DNA of 61,148 bases from Alphaproteobacteria bacterium UBA3637 (GTDB lineage: Bacteria > Pseudomonadota > Alphaproteobacteria > CAAHEQ01 > UBA3637). Positions 7,786 to 18,453 of the stretch are shown here, piece after piece (the first letter of the stretch is position 1; the number at the start of each line of letters is the position of its first letter). Location: the NCBI GenBank assembly GCA_002373615.1, contig DFKU01000050.1, positions 1 through 61,148 of the forward strand. The letters are read 5' to 3'. The notes below the pieces were generated by a model, which worked only from the letters and a program-made list of their open reading frames with translations, did no database searches and was not told the origin of the DNA. Position numbers and translations under genes: made by a program.

Positions 7786-9021
7786 ATGAGTATTTTTCAT
7801 AAATTAAAAACTTTTTTAAGTCATAAAAATATTTTGCCCTTTTTAGGCTTGGGCATTTCTGTTCAAGCTCCTATCAATTTAATCGGAGGAACATTAAAAT
7901 GGTGGGCCAGTGATTCAGGATTGAATTTGGCTGCCATTGGTATCTTTGCGGCCGTTACAATGCCTTACAGCTTGAAATTTTTATGGGCCCCTTTTATTGA
8001 CCAAATCAATTTACCTTTTTCAAAAAGGATGGGGTGTAAACGTGTTTGGTGTTTCGTTTTTCAATTAGGAATACTGGCAGGTTTATTATTTATTTCTTGT
8101 TTAAATCCAAAAGTGGATGTTTGGCCACTCTTTTTTGGAAGCCTGTTGATTGGATTTTGTGGCGCCAGTCAAGCATTGACTGTTGATGCTTTGAAAATTG
8201 ACCTTTTAAAAAAAGAAGAGTTAACAGACGGCACAACCGTCAAAGAATTCGGTGGACGTTTAGGATATTTAGGGGCAACGGCCGGTATGTTCGCCCTGTC
8301 CATGTATTTTTCATGGAATACCGCCTATAAAATAGCTTCATTGATGATTCTGATTGGCGTTTTTTCTTTATTCTTTATCCAAGAGCCCCCCAAAAAGCAT
8401 CAAAAAATCAGCTTTCATACTACCATCAAAATGCCTTTTATGGAATTTTGTCAAAGAATAAACTTACCTTTATTATGCTTATTCATTGTTCTTTATAAAC
8501 TATGTAATGGGATGTTGGGCAGTATGGCCTATCCTTTTTATAACCAAATTGGATTTACGGCAAAAGACGTATTAGCGGTATCTTCCATTTTTGGAACAAT
8601 TATGACCGCTTTGGGAATTTTAATCGGGGGCATTATTTTGCATAAAATGAATTTAAGACCCTTGTTATTTGTCTTGGGATGCATTGAAATTTTTACCAGC
8701 ATTGCTTTTGCCGGATTAGCCGCTGTAGGCCCCAGCATTCCTTTGTTCGTTGTCGTCATCATTTTTGACAATATTATTGGCGGAATTGGCAGCGCTGCAT
8801 GGGTTGTTTTTATTTCCAGAATGTGTTCCAAAAGTTTTTCAGCAACTCAATACGGTTTTTTGGACGCCCTCACGATGATTCCATTGACTTTGTTGGGGAT
8901 GCTAAGCGGTTGGTTAGCTCTGCACATGGGATGGCAAAATTATTTTATTTTTACAGGTGCTTTAATGATTCCCGCACTGTGTATGGTGAAATATTGTGAT
9001 ACTTTATTTGAAAAGAAATAA
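7786..9021 (+). CDS. ampG: AmpG-family MFS permease
   Basis: MPYSLKFLWAPFIDQ motif and about 12 hydrophobic segments. The ATG at 7786 is preferred over the TTG at 7771. Confidence 0.7.
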   Translation: MSIFHKLKTFLSHKNILPFLGLGISVQAPINLIGGTLKWWASDSGLNLAAIGIFAAVTMPYSLKFLWAPFIDQINLPFSKRMGCKRVWCFVFQLGILAGLLFISCLNPKVDVWPLFFGSLLIGFCGASQALTVDALKIDLLKKEELTDGTTVKEFGGRLGYLGATAGMFALSMYFSWNTAYKIASLMILIGVFSLFFIQEPPKKHQKISFHTTIKMPFMEFCQRINLPLLCLFIVLYKLCNGMLGSMAYPFYNQIGFTAKDVLAVSSIFGTIMTALGILIGGIILHKMNLRPLLFVLGCIEIFTSIAFAGLAAVGPSIPLFVVVIIFDNIIGGIGSAAWVVFISRMCSKSFSATQYGFLDALTMIPLTLLGMLSGWLALHMGWQNYFIFTGALMIPALCMVKYCDTLFEKK

Positions 9022-9420
9022 ATGCAAGTCAAATACATTGTTTATTGTACAAAAAACGATGATATTCCCAAAGTAGATATTTGGAAAACAACGGGGAAGA
9101 TAACTCATTCTGAATATGCCCAAAGACACAACATAAAACCTCAAGATATTTCTTCCCAAGGCTATGCGTATTTTAATCCTTTTTTTAAAAAGTGGTTTTT
9201 AGAACATTATCAAATGGATGATGGTGTTCCTGCCAGAACCCTGGGAGAATTGATTCAGAAAAAATGCATAGAAAAAAAGGAGCGTTTATATGTAAGGAAA
9301 AAACTGTATCAGACGGACTTTTTTAATGATGCTCAATTAAGAAAAGAAACTTGGCAGGATAGACAAAATTTTATGTCCCTTTGTGCACGTGCATTATTGG
9401 GCGGTATCAAAAATTATTAG
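9022..9420 (+). CDS. Hypothetical protein (132 aa)
   Basis: The ORF is start-coupled to the ampG-like stop (TAAATG). I recognise no motif. Confidence 0.4.
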   Translation: MQVKYIVYCTKNDDIPKVDIWKTTGKITHSEYAQRHNIKPQDISSQGYAYFNPFFKKWFLEHYQMDDGVPARTLGELIQKKCIEKKERLYVRKKLYQTDFFNDAQLRKETWQDRQNFMSLCARALLGGIKNY

Positions 9421-9681
9421 AGTGTCTTCCCCCCCCATATTCAGAACCCGTAGGGCTTCTTCTTGAACAAGATCAGGGGCCCCATTTTTTAAAGCCTGCA
9501 CTTTTTTTTGTAAAAGTTCTTTTTCTGCTTTTACATTTAAAGCGACCATTGAATGATGCTCATGTTCTTTATGAATTTGTTCTAAACGTAATATTCCACG
9601 ATTTCCATAAATACCATGGTAAATAAAATAAGCTGTAATCAAAACAGAAACCAGGGGAATCACATGGAAAAAATGTTTCAT
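9394..9681 (-). CDS. ftsB: FtsB/DivIC-like septum formation initiator
   Basis: 95 aa with an N-terminal TM helix, a coiled coil, and the ...EEALRVLNMGGEDTLII tail typical of this family. Confidence 0.6.
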   Translation of the reverse strand: MKHFFHVIPLVSVLITAYFIYHGIYGNRGILRLEQIHKEHEHHSMVALNVKAEKELLQKKVQALKNGAPDLVQEEALRVLNMGGEDTLIIFDTAQ

Positions 9682-11243
9682 GTATTTGCCCCTTCTTCTC
9701 GCATTTCTTCAGTAAACAGAGTGGCTTGATTTCGCCCATTTTCTTTCGAATGATACAAGGCAATATCTGCTTCTTTCGTCATTAAAGAAATATCTCCATT
9801 TTGGGTATTGGTGATCCCCAAGCTGATTGTAATGGGAACACGTGTTTGACCCGCCATAATAACAGCTTGTTCCACACTTGAGCGAATGCGTTCCGCCGCT
9901 ATTTTTGCCCCTTGAGCATCCGTATTACTGAGGAAAACAATAAATTCTTCCCCCCCAAAACGCGCAATAATATCCGAATCGCGATGAGTTTTATTCAATA
10001 CATCCGCAACCCGCTTTAAAACTTCATCCCCCATATCGTGCCCAAAAGTATCATTTACGTGTTTAAAATGGTCAATATCCAACATTATCATAGAATAAGG
10101 AATTTTTTGACGGATACAATTGGAAAGGGCCATCTGGCTCATCGCTTCGAACTGACGACGGTTATAAAGTCCGGTCAAGGTATCCGTAGAAGCCTCTTTA
10201 AAAAGCTTTTCTTCTGTTTGTTTTTGCGTAGTAATGTTTTGTAAGTTCATATAAAGAGCCAGCTCACCATCCAACTCTACAACACGCGCGGATAAATCCA
10301 ACCAGAGTATATCCCCTGTTTTAGGTGATTTCATTTTAACTTCAAAATTATCTACGATTTTCTTCTGACGCGCCATTTCAATCAATTCATCCCGTTTTTG
10401 GGGTTCTGTAAAATAATCTTTTAGGCGAAAATTTGAAATCCCATCTTTTTCCACTTTTAAAACAGAACATGCTATTGGATTAATGTAAATAACAGAATCA
10501 TCGAGCAATTTTGACACCAAAATAGGAAAGGGGGCAATATCCCAGAATTGAGTCCGGCGTTGCTTTTCTTTTTCAAGATTTTCTTCAAAATCAAGGCAGG
10601 TCACTTCCATAAACTTGATTTGAGCCATTAAGACTGAAAGGGAAACACCCCCAAATATAAAAATGGGAAACCAACCTGTTCCAGATATAAAATCAAATTC
10701 ACGCGCCAGATAATAAAGCGCCAGAACAAAAAAGGCATCCCCTACCCGGTCAAATAAAGAAGTTTTACCAACACTTTTCAACAAATGGAACGAAAAGCCT
10801 ACAACAACCCAACAAGCTGCCAATGACCAATAAATCAAATTGTATTCAGGAAAATAAATTTTAAATACATGAATAAAAATAACCTGAAGGACAAAAAAAA
10901 GAAAAACACAGGATAAAAGCGCAGACATTCCCAACGCACTGACCAACAAACTGACCCCCAAAAAAGAACACCCCAAACTGACTGTGATTCCTTGAATAAT
11001 TTCATACCCTTTAAATGAAATCAAAAAATTAGGATTTAACACAACCAATGAAGGTAATATAACCATCAAAAGGGTTCCAAAAGCCAAAATATAACAGGCT
11101 GTGGATATTAAATGAAACCGCCTTTTTTGGGTTGATCGAATAAAAAACATCCCAAAACATAAGCCCATAATCAAGTAGCCCAGACTTTCTAAGCCATATT
11201 GATTAAACCCTTGAACAATAATTTCAGACATTTCTTTAAACAT
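9678..11243 (-). CDS. Membrane-bound PAS-GGDEF diguanylate cyclase
   Basis: About 7 N-terminal TM segments, a PAS-like region and a GGDEF domain (DHFKHVNDTFGH...RFGGEEFIV). Confidence 0.85.
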   Translation of the reverse strand: MFKEMSEIIVQGFNQYGLESLGYLIMGLCFGMFFIRSTQKRRFHLISTACYILAFGTLLMVILPSLVVLNPNFLISFKGYEIIQGITVSLGCSFLGVSLLVSALGMSALLSCVFLFFVLQVIFIHVFKIYFPEYNLIYWSLAACWVVVGFSFHLLKSVGKTSLFDRVGDAFFVLALYYLAREFDFISGTGWFPIFIFGGVSLSVLMAQIKFMEVTCLDFEENLEKEKQRRTQFWDIAPFPILVSKLLDDSVIYINPIACSVLKVEKDGISNFRLKDYFTEPQKRDELIEMARQKKIVDNFEVKMKSPKTGDILWLDLSARVVELDGELALYMNLQNITTQKQTEEKLFKEASTDTLTGLYNRRQFEAMSQMALSNCIRQKIPYSMIMLDIDHFKHVNDTFGHDMGDEVLKRVADVLNKTHRDSDIIARFGGEEFIVFLSNTDAQGAKIAAERIRSSVEQAVIMAGQTRVPITISLGITNTQNGDISLMTKEADIALYHSKENGRNQATLFTEEMREEGANT

Positions 11244-11307
11244 TTTATCTCCTTTCGGGTTAGTTTAGCAAAAATTTTTCAAAAATCAATGAAAAAAAGA
11301 CTTTTTT

Positions 11308-11340
11308 CCCATTGCGAAATATGATTTTATGACCCATATA
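11308..11340 (+). promoter_or_regulatory. Candidate sigma-32 heat-shock promoter of dnaK
   Basis: CCATTGCGAAA ... CCCATATA resembles CCCTTGAA-N13-17-CCCCATNT. It lies about 55 nt upstream of the dnaK ATG. Confidence 0.4.
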
Positions 11341-11394
11341 GAATTTAGCAAATGAAAAAATGCGTGAAATTTAACCAAACAAAGGAGTTAAAAA

Positions 11395-13290
11395 ATGAGT
11401 AAAATTTTAGGTATTGACTTAGGAACCACCAATTCCTGTATGTGTATTATGGATGGCAAAGATGCCAAAGTATTGGAAAACCGCGAAGGCGCCCGTACGA
11501 CCCCTTCTATTGTGGCCTTTACAGGCAAAGGGGAACGCTTGGTCGGGCAACCAGCCAAACGTCAAGCCGTCACCAACCCGACAGGAACTTTGTATTCCAT
11601 TAAACGTTTAATCGGTCGTCGCTTTAATGACAAGATGGTTGAAAAAGATAAAGGCATGGTCCCTTATCATATCGTTTCCGGGGAAAATGGGGATGCCTGG
11701 GTGGAAGTGGATGGCAAAAAATATGCCCCCAGTCAAGTGTCCGCCTATGTGTTGCAAAAATTAAAAGAAGATGCCGAAAGCTATTTGGGCGAAAAGGTGA
11801 CTCAGGCCATTATTACGGTGCCAGCTTACTTTGATGACTCTCAGCGTCAAGCCACCAAAGACGCCGGTAAAATTGCCGGATTGGAAGTGCTCCGTATTAT
11901 CAATGAACCAACCGCTGCCGCTTTGGCCTATGGGATGGATCAGAAAAAATCAGGAATGATTGCCGTCTATGACTTGGGTGGCGGGACCTTCGATGTGTCC
12001 ATTTTGGAAATCGGTGATGGCGTGTTTGAAGTGAAATCCACCAATGGGGATACCTTCTTGGGTGGGGAAGACTTTGACGCCCGTATCGTGGATTACATGG
12101 CTGATGAATTTAAAAAAGAAAACGGCATTGACTTGCGTCAAGACCGTATGGCTTTGCAACGGTTAAAAGAAGCTGCTGAAAAAGCAAAAATTGAACTGTC
12201 CACCGCTACCACAACGGATGTGAACCTGCCCTTTATTACCGCAGATGCCACAGGGCCAAAGCATTTGAATATTTCTTTGACCCGCGCCAAATTGGAAAGC
12301 TTAGTTGAAGATTTGTTGGAACGCACTAAAAAGCCGATGGAAAATGCTTTAAAAGATGCCGGCCTCAGTAAATCCCAAATTGATGAAGTCATTTTGGTGG
12401 GTGGTATGACCCGTATGCCAGCTGTCCAAAAAATCGTAAAAGACTTCTTTGGGAAAGAACCCCATAAGGGCGTGAACCCTGATGAAGTGGTTGCCATGGG
12501 GGCTGCTATTCAAGGGGGTGTGTTAAAAGGCGATGTGAAAGATGTCTTGTTGTTGGATGTGACCCCGCTTTCCTTGGGTATTGAAACTTTGGGGGGCGTG
12601 TTCACGCGTTTGATTGACAGAAACACCACGATTCCGACCAAGAAATCTCAAGTATTTTCCACCGCTGAAGATGGACAAACCGCCGTCACAATTCGTGTGT
12701 TCCAAGGCGAACGTGAAATTGCACGGGATAATAAACTCTTAGGTCAATTTGACCTGGTGGGAATTCCCCCTGCCCCCCGTGGCATGCCACAAATTGAAGT
12801 CAGCTTTGATATTGACGCCAACGGGATTGTGAATGTGTCCGCCAAAGATAAAGCAACAGGTAAAGAACAATCCATTCGGATTCAATCCTCAGGAGGACTC
12901 TCTGATGCCGACATTGAAAAGATGGTGAAAGATGCTGAAGCGCATGCTGAAGAAGATAAGAAATTCAAGGAAGCCGCTGATGCCAAAAACCATGCAGATG
13001 CTATGGTGGCCTCAACCGAGAAAATGCTGAAAGAAAATGGGGATAAGATTCCATCAGCGGATAAAGAAGCCATTGAATCTTGCATCAAAGATTTGAAGGA
13101 TGCCATTGAGTCCAATGATACCCAAAGAATCAAGGACAAAACAGAAGCCCTTCAAAATGCCAGCATGAAAATGGGTGAAGCCATGTACAAGGCTCAACAA
13201 CAAGCTAACCCCAATCCTGCCGGAGATCAACCAGGGGAAGAAAAGAAAGAAGATGTTGTTGATGCAGATTATGAAGAGGTTAAAAAATAA
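11395..13290 (+). CDS. dnaK: Chaperone DnaK (Hsp70)
   Basis: Full-length 631 aa with canonical Hsp70 motifs ([17 protein letters not shown]). Confidence 0.97.
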   Translation: MSKILGIDLGTTNSCMCIMDGKDAKVLENREGARTTPSIVAFTGKGERLVGQPAKRQAVTNPTGTLYSIKRLIGRRFNDKMVEKDKGMVPYHIVSGENGDAWVEVDGKKYAPSQVSAYVLQKLKEDAESYLGEKVTQAIITVPAYFDDSQRQATKDAGKIAGLEVLRIINEPTAAALAYGMDQKKSGMIAVYDLGGGTFDVSILEIGDGVFEVKSTNGDTFLGGEDFDARIVDYMADEFKKENGIDLRQDRMALQRLKEAAEKAKIELSTATTTDVNLPFITADATGPKHLNISLTRAKLESLVEDLLERTKKPMENALKDAGLSKSQIDEVILVGGMTRMPAVQKIVKDFFGKEPHKGVNPDEVVAMGAAIQGGVLKGDVKDVLLLDVTPLSLGIETLGGVFTRLIDRNTTIPTKKSQVFSTAEDGQTAVTIRVFQGEREIARDNKLLGQFDLVGIPPAPRGMPQIEVSFDIDANGIVNVSAKDKATGKEQSIRIQSSGGLSDADIEKMVKDAEAHAEEDKKFKEAADAKNHADAMVASTEKMLKENGDKIPSADKEAIESCIKDLKDAIESNDTQRIKDKTEALQNASMKMGEAMYKAQQQANPNPAGDQPGEEKKEDVVDADYEEVKK

Positions 13291-13365
13291 CTTTAGCTCC
13301 CAACAAAAAGGCGGACTTTTAAGGCCCGCCTTTTGTGCGTTTCAAAGAACATAAAGGAATATGTC

Positions 13366-14460
13366 ATGCGCGATTATTATGATATTTTAGGTGTTTCAAA
13401 GTCGGCGAGCAGCTCAGAGATTAAACAGGCCTTTCGGATTAAAGCCAAAGATTGTCACCCTGATCACCACGCAGGCGATAAAGAGGCCGAACAACAATTT
13501 AAGGAATTGGTGGAGGCCTACGATACCTTAAAAGACGAAGATAAACGCGCACGCTATGACCAATTCGGACATGAGGCCTATAAGGCAGGCATGGGGCAAG
13601 GCGGCTTTGGCAACGGTTTTGGGGGCTTTGATTTTTCAGGCACAGGCTTTGAAGACATTTTTTCCGAAATGTTTGGCATGCATCGGTCTGGCGAAGCCCG
13701 TCGCATTCGTGGGGAAGATTTACGTGCGGATATGACCATTACCTTAAAAGAGGCTCTGACCGGGCTTAAAAAAGAAATTACGGTGGATTATCTGGGGACA
13801 TGCCCTGACTGCCATGGGGAAGGCGGGGAAGGCGTACAAACCTGTGCCACCTGTCGTGGGATGGGACATATCAGGCAACGCCAAGGCTTTTTTGTGGTGG
13901 AAACGGAATGCCCCACCTGTCATGGATCGGGGAAAACGGTGAAGACCCCCTGCCCCAAATGTCGGGCAAGTGGCAGAACACGTCAGAAAAAAACTTTGGA
14001 AGTCAACGTTCCTGCCGGCGTGGAAACGGGTGTCAGGATGCGCCTATCAGGTGAAGGAAACTATGCCCCCCATGGTGTTGCGGGCGATTTATATGTCTTT
14101 TTAACGGTGGAAAAACACCCCCTGTTTGAGCGAAATGGAACAGAGCTTTATTTGAAGATGCCCCTCCCCCTCACCACCGCGGTCTTTGGGGGAAAGGTTG
14201 AGGTTCCGACATTAGATGGGGAATTTAAGGAATACAAAGTCCCTGCGGGCTTGCAATCGGGAACAGAAAAAGTTTTTGAAGGGTTGGGTATGCCTGCCAT
14301 CCGTGGCAAAAAGCGGGGCGATTTACATGTGATTTTTGAAGTGGAAATCCCAACCAATTTGACCAAGAAACAAAAAGAGCTGTGGGAAAGTTTTGAAGGT
14401 GTTCCAGATCAAAATCCCCTGTGCGAAAAGTTTAAGAAATTATTGGGAAAATTGGTTTAG
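13366..14460 (+). CDS. dnaJ: Chaperone DnaJ
   Basis: J domain with HPD, G/F region and four CxxCxGxG zinc motifs. The ATG at 13366 has RBS AAAGGAA. Confidence 0.95.
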   Translation: MRDYYDILGVSKSASSSEIKQAFRIKAKDCHPDHHAGDKEAEQQFKELVEAYDTLKDEDKRARYDQFGHEAYKAGMGQGGFGNGFGGFDFSGTGFEDIFSEMFGMHRSGEARRIRGEDLRADMTITLKEALTGLKKEITVDYLGTCPDCHGEGGEGVQTCATCRGMGHIRQRQGFFVVETECPTCHGSGKTVKTPCPKCRASGRTRQKKTLEVNVPAGVETGVRMRLSGEGNYAPHGVAGDLYVFLTVEKHPLFERNGTELYLKMPLPLTTAVFGGKVEVPTLDGEFKEYKVPAGLQSGTEKVFEGLGMPAIRGKKRGDLHVIFEVEIPTNLTKKQKELWESFEGVPDQNPLCEKFKKLLGKLV

Positions 14461-14461
14461 A

Positions 14462-14695
14462 TTATTTTGAAGCCTCTTGCACCACTTTAGAAAAATCCAA
14501 ATCCAAATAATCAGCCAATAATAAGGCCGTATAAAGGGTTGGGCGCTGCGTGCAATTTTCAATGTATAGAATAGAACTTTTGCTCATGCCCGTCTCTTTG
14601 GCCATCTTATATTGCGTAATTCCTTTTTTTAATCGTTCTTCACGCAACAAGGCCACAATTCTATCGCTGATTTCTTGAGCTTGTCTTTTTTTCAT
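14462..14695 (-). CDS. XRE-family helix-turn-helix regulator
   Basis: 77 aa with GITQYKMAKETGMSKSSILYIE, an HTH_3-type motif. Confidence 0.75.
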   Translation of the reverse strand: MKKRQAQEISDRIVALLREERLKKGITQYKMAKETGMSKSSILYIENCTQRPTLYTALLLADYLDLDFSKVVQEASK

Positions 14696-14774
14696 GAATC
14701 TTATTATAAAGGACTTGACATTTTATCAATAGTTCTGGTTAATGAACTAGTGTTCAATTTTAAAAAGGAGAAAA

Positions 14775-15064
14775 ATGAAAAAAGTTTATAATGTAAAAGA
14801 AAATGTCATTCCTGCCAAGCGTAGCGCGAGCGGGAATCTGATGAGATGCCCCGTCAAGCGAGGCATGACAGAATCCGGTCGTTCTATGGTGGAAATGGTA
14901 CCTGTCCTGCAGGTATTTTCGGAAGAACTTATTGTAAAGATGTGACTGGTGGTTGTCAATCTTGGGAATGTCGTGATTTAGGGGATGGATATAAGTGGGA
15001 CTCTCCTTTGATAGAAGCTGTATCCTGTAAAAATTTAGGTTATTGTGATTGGATTGAAGAATAA
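14775..15064 (+). pseudogene. Decayed prepilin-like Cys-rich gene: leader plus MITE, then deletion and frameshift into a Cys-rich tail
   Basis: Frame 1 reads MKKVYNVKEN-[MITE]-ESGRSMVEM, then stops after 15 more codons. The hydrophobic pilin helix is missing. Another frame continues as GTCPAG...CKDVTGGCQSWEC...CDWIEE. Confidence 0.55.
14805..14870. mobile_element. Palindromic MITE-like repeat (GTCAT...ATGAC family)
   Basis: GTCATTCCTGCC...GGGAATCTGATGAGATGCCCC...GAGGCATGAC is nearly the reverse complement of the element at 60648-60748. Confidence 0.6.
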
Positions 15065-15074
15065 TGATGTTAAA

Positions 15075-15104
15075 AATTCCCCGGCATCTGCGGGGGATTT
15101 TTTA
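15075..15104. terminator. Bidirectional hairpin terminator between the pseudogene and htpX
   Basis: AAAAATTCCCCG-GCATCTG-CGGGGGATTTTTT. Confidence 0.6.
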
Positions 15105-16049
15105 AGTCATACTGTTCAGGCGTTTGATGCGTTCGGCGATAGGGGGATGGGTATCCAAAAGTCCCCCGATTTTTTTTAACGGATTACAAATGCAGGCACA
15201 GGCCATCTGGCTGGATGAATCCAAGGCTTCCACCCGTGGGTCCACAGAAATTTTTTTCAGGGCACTGACCAACGCCTGCGGATGACGGGTGAGATACGCC
15301 CCTGTTGCATCCGCTTGGAATTCCTGCGAACGCGATAACGCCATGTGGATAAAGGGCGCGATTAAATAGCGGAACAATAACAACGACAACCCAACCATAA
15401 TGAGAAGAGCTGCGCCGTTCCCTTTTTTGGATGAACCACGACTACGTCCCGAAGCACGCACCAAAATTTCCCCCAACATGCCTATCACACCAATCCCCGT
15501 AATGATAAACATGTTGAGCCGAATATCCCGATTCATAATGTGACCCATTTCGTGGGAAATAACAGCCTCTAATTCAATGGGATCCAGCTTTTTGACAATG
15601 CCTGTGGTGAGCGCAATTGAGGCACTTTTGGGCGAATATCCTGTTGCAAAAGCATTTAAAGAATCATCCGGAATCAAATACACCTGTGGGGTGGGCAGGC
15701 CTGCCTTTAACGCCAAATTTTCCACCAAGCGATAAACTTGAAAGTGTTCTTTATCATCTGGGCAAATCTTCGCCCCCGAAAAACCCAGCATCATTTTATC
15801 CCCAAAGCCAAATGAGGTGAGCGTTAAGATAGCTGCAATCCCCAAAATAATGGGCACAATCCCGATAAAAATTTCATTACACTCTTGAATAGCCTGATCC
15901 GTTGGGGTTTCACCTAAAAGCGCAAACAAGAAAAAAAATGCATATATAAAGGCTGCCAACGCCACCGGAAACAGCAGGACAAGCCCCACTATCTTCCGGT
16001 TATTCCCCGCGATATGGCCATAAACATCAGTTGGTTTCATCTTAATCAA
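15102..16049 (-). CDS. htpX: M48-family zinc protease HtpX
   Basis: HEMGH motif, TM segments, and a C-terminal ...THPPIAERI motif. Confidence 0.9.
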   Translation of the reverse strand: MIKMKPTDVYGHIAGNNRKIVGLVLLFPVALAAFIYAFFFLFALLGETPTDQAIQECNEIFIGIVPIILGIAAILTLTSFGFGDKMMLGFSGAKICPDDKEHFQVYRLVENLALKAGLPTPQVYLIPDDSLNAFATGYSPKSASIALTTGIVKKLDPIELEAVISHEMGHIMNRDIRLNMFIITGIGVIGMLGEILVRASGRSRGSSKKGNGAALLIMVGLSLLLFRYLIAPFIHMALSRSQEFQADATGAYLTRHPQALVSALKKISVDPRVEALDSSSQMACACICNPLKKIGGLLDTHPPIAERIKRLNSMT

Positions 16050-16599
16050 ACTTTACAGTTGGAGCCTTTTTGGCAGCTTTTGCTTCTTCGGCATCCATTT
16101 CAAAAAATTGCGCTTTTTCAAAATGGAATAAATTTGCAAAAATGTTGCTGGGGAACATTTCAATTTTGGTGTTCAAGGTCAGCACCACCGTGTTATAAAA
16201 TTGACGGGTTGCTTGAATTTTATCTTCAGTATCAGTGAGTTCCCGTTGTAATTCCAAAAAGTTGGTATTCGCTTTCAAATCGGGATAAGCTTCACCCAAA
16301 GCAAAAATGGATTTTAAGGTGCCAGATAAGGCTTCTTCGGCTTTTCCCTTTTTGTCGGCGCCAGTTGTTTTCATGGCCGCATTACGGGCTTCAATCACAG
16401 CCTGCAAAGTCGCTTTTTCGTGTTTTGCGTACCCCTTCACTGTTTCCAATAAATTGGGAATTAAATCATAACGGCGTTTTAATTGGGTATCAATAGTACT
16501 CCACGCCTCCTTCACACGTTGACGCGCTACCACCAAACCATTATAAACAGCAATCACATACAAGACCAAGACGGCCAAAATAATCAGGGCAACAAGCAT
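16042..16599 (-). CDS. lemA: LemA-family protein
   Basis: N-terminal TM, then YNGLV..R..V.EAWS.ID.QLKRRYDLIPNL, typical of LemA. It overlaps the htpX start. Confidence 0.9.
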   Translation of the reverse strand: MLVALIILAVLVLYVIAVYNGLVVARQRVKEAWSTIDTQLKRRYDLIPNLLETVKGYAKHEKATLQAVIEARNAAMKTTGADKKGKAEEALSGTLKSIFALGEAYPDLKANTNFLELQRELTDTEDKIQATRQFYNTVVLTLNTKIEMFPSNIFANLFHFEKAQFFEMDAEEAKAAKKAPTVKFD

Positions 16600-16679
16600 A
16601 TTTTTTCTCCTTTGTTAAATTGAACATACCTTGGGTTTAGCACACTTTTTTATGAAGAGCAAGAAAAAAATAAACGCTT

Positions 16680-17858
16680 CTAATTTGGCCGAATCACATC
16701 AAATAGATGGCAAGCAGGACAAAGGGCTTCCCATTTGGTTGAGGTATGACCACAATGCGTACAAATCCAACCAGACTTGTCCTGCAAATTCAAGGCTTTT
16801 CTTTCCCATTTAGAGGCGGCCTCTTCATGATGCCAGCCTGATCGTTCACATTCGGCCATCATCAAAGCCACTTGTTGCGTTAAAGGGTGACTTTCCAAAT
16901 ATTCCTGCAAAATTTCTTTGGCCTTGGAAAAATTATGAATCGTCATATTCATATCTGCCAAAGCCAAAACGGAAAAACGATTACCACGATTGGATTTAAC
17001 AAATTTCAAAGTTTCTTTTATTTTTTCATCCTCAGTTTTGGCGGAAAGTTCCTTCTTAAAGGCCTGATAAATTTCCCAGCAAGGCGCTATTTCCCAGGCT
17101 TTTTTTAAAACTTTAAGGGCCTTTTCTGGATTTTCCTGCGCATAGGCCAAAATAATGGGGGCCTGCGTAGAATCCAATTTATAGGCTTTTTCAATGTGTC
17201 CTGCCATCATCAAACAACATGCCTTTTGATGAATAAAATCGGATTTTGAAAAAGTCTGTTTAAGCTGTTCCAGGAAAACAAGGGCTTGTTTCCAATCCCC
17301 TTCCATATAGGAGAGTTGCAAATAGGCCTGTCGCACCCACAAAACCTTTCGTTCCTTTTCCGGAAGAGCCTCTAAAAGGGTACGCATCTCAGTGGTATTT
17401 CCAAAATCTTTGGCCGATTTTAAAAAGCCATAAATACCCCCCAAAACTGTTGATGGGAAAGAAAGTAATTTTTGATAAACCTCATCAGTGGGTTGCAATA
17501 AAGCCAATATCACCCAATATTGAATATCCTCTGTCGTAAAATGAGCATAGGCCCCTTTCACCAACAAAGGATATTGTTCCTTATTATGATTTACCAAAGC
17601 TTCTAACACCTGCGCCAAAAAATTTTGCTTTTGTACATCCTTGGACTTTTGACGCCATAAAGACCAACGCTTCATCCACTTGATGGGCAGTAAAAAAAGG
17701 CTCCACACCCACAGGATTCCAACAATCAAGCCAACAAAAGTAAAAGCGGACAAATAAATTTGATGGTTCCAAAAGCTTAGTGTCATAAAAAACATTTCGT
17801 TGGAAATGATCATCCCCAGTCCAAACAAGAAAATCATTAATAATAAGGCTTCAATCAT
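16680..17858 (-). CDS. HemY-like TPR membrane protein with C-terminal zinc ribbon
   Basis: Two N-terminal TM helices, TPR-like repeats, and the C-terminus WICTHCGHTSTKWEALCPACHLFD. The ATG at 17858 overlaps the upstream stop (ATGATTGA). Confidence 0.6.
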   Translation of the reverse strand: MIEALLLMIFLFGLGMIISNEMFFMTLSFWNHQIYLSAFTFVGLIVGILWVWSLFLLPIKWMKRWSLWRQKSKDVQKQNFLAQVLEALVNHNKEQYPLLVKGAYAHFTTEDIQYWVILALLQPTDEVYQKLLSFPSTVLGGIYGFLKSAKDFGNTTEMRTLLEALPEKERKVLWVRQAYLQLSYMEGDWKQALVFLEQLKQTFSKSDFIHQKACCLMMAGHIEKAYKLDSTQAPIILAYAQENPEKALKVLKKAWEIAPCWEIYQAFKKELSAKTEDEKIKETLKFVKSNRGNRFSVLALADMNMTIHNFSKAKEILQEYLESHPLTQQVALMMAECERSGWHHEEAASKWERKALNLQDKSGWICTHCGHTSTKWEALCPACHLFDVIRPN

Positions 17859-18453
17859 TATCTTCCTCGCTTTCAGAGAGGGCCTCTTTAAAATCAATCA
17901 ACGTGTTGGCTTCATTAAAGAGGGGCATAAAAAACAATTGTTCATCAGGGGATAAATCTTGCATTAAATGCGTTATTTGTTCCGGATTTTTGGTATGGAT
18001 TGCATTTTGAATTCTGTCCAATTTTGCCCTTAAAGAATTTCCTGTGGGCGTTTGGTCATGCACATCAAATAAATAATAAGGAAGAGCTTTTATATATCCC
18101 ACAATCTGACCATTTTCTTTTAAGGTTTTATGGATTAAAAGGGCCTTTTTATTTTGACGAAAAAGTTTTAAAAGGGTATCCCAAACGGTTATTTTATTGA
18201 CGCAATAAGTTTGCATTTTATCCCTTAATGTACGTTGTTCTTGAGACAAGAAGGGAAGGCTTTGCAATTGATTAAAATCAACAAGGCAAGATTTTTCCAT
18301 CAAAAAATCCCCCCAAGTATAGCTCAGGTGAAAGGCGGGAATTTCAGGCTCTGAAACGGATTCAGAAATTGTTTCCAATAAAAATTCTTGTGCGAACAAA
18401 GGATGGGATAAAAGGCACCCCCCACACAAAATACCCCAAAAATATTTTTTCAT
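17851..18453 (-). CDS. Hypothetical secreted protein (200 aa)
   Basis: Signal peptide MKKYFWGILCGGCLLSHPLFAQ. The RBS lies in an A8G8 tract. Confidence 0.5.
   Translation of the reverse strand: MKKYFWGILCGGCLLSHPLFAQEFLLETISESVSEPEIPAFHLSYTWGDFLMEKSCLVDFNQLQSLPFLSQEQRTLRDKMQTYCVNKITVWDTLLKLFRQNKKALLIHKTLKENGQIVGYIKALPYYLFDVHDQTPTGNSLRAKLDRIQNAIHTKNPEQITHLMQDLSPDEQLFFMPLFNEANTLIDFKEALSESEEDND

Noticed and set aside
13291-13365. The hairpin GGCGG-N11-CCGCC plus T-run between dnaK and dnaJ as something unusual.
   Set aside because: A partial terminator or attenuator between dnaK and dnaJ is common and fully explains it.
14846-15064. ORFs starting 'MPRQARHD...' (14846-15064, and the first 40 codons of 58593-60677) look like a conserved N-terminal domain.
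   Set aside because: The shared peptide is the translation of the palindromic MITE in one orientation. For the 60-kb gene, a proper RBS and signal peptide begin at the ATG at 60557.
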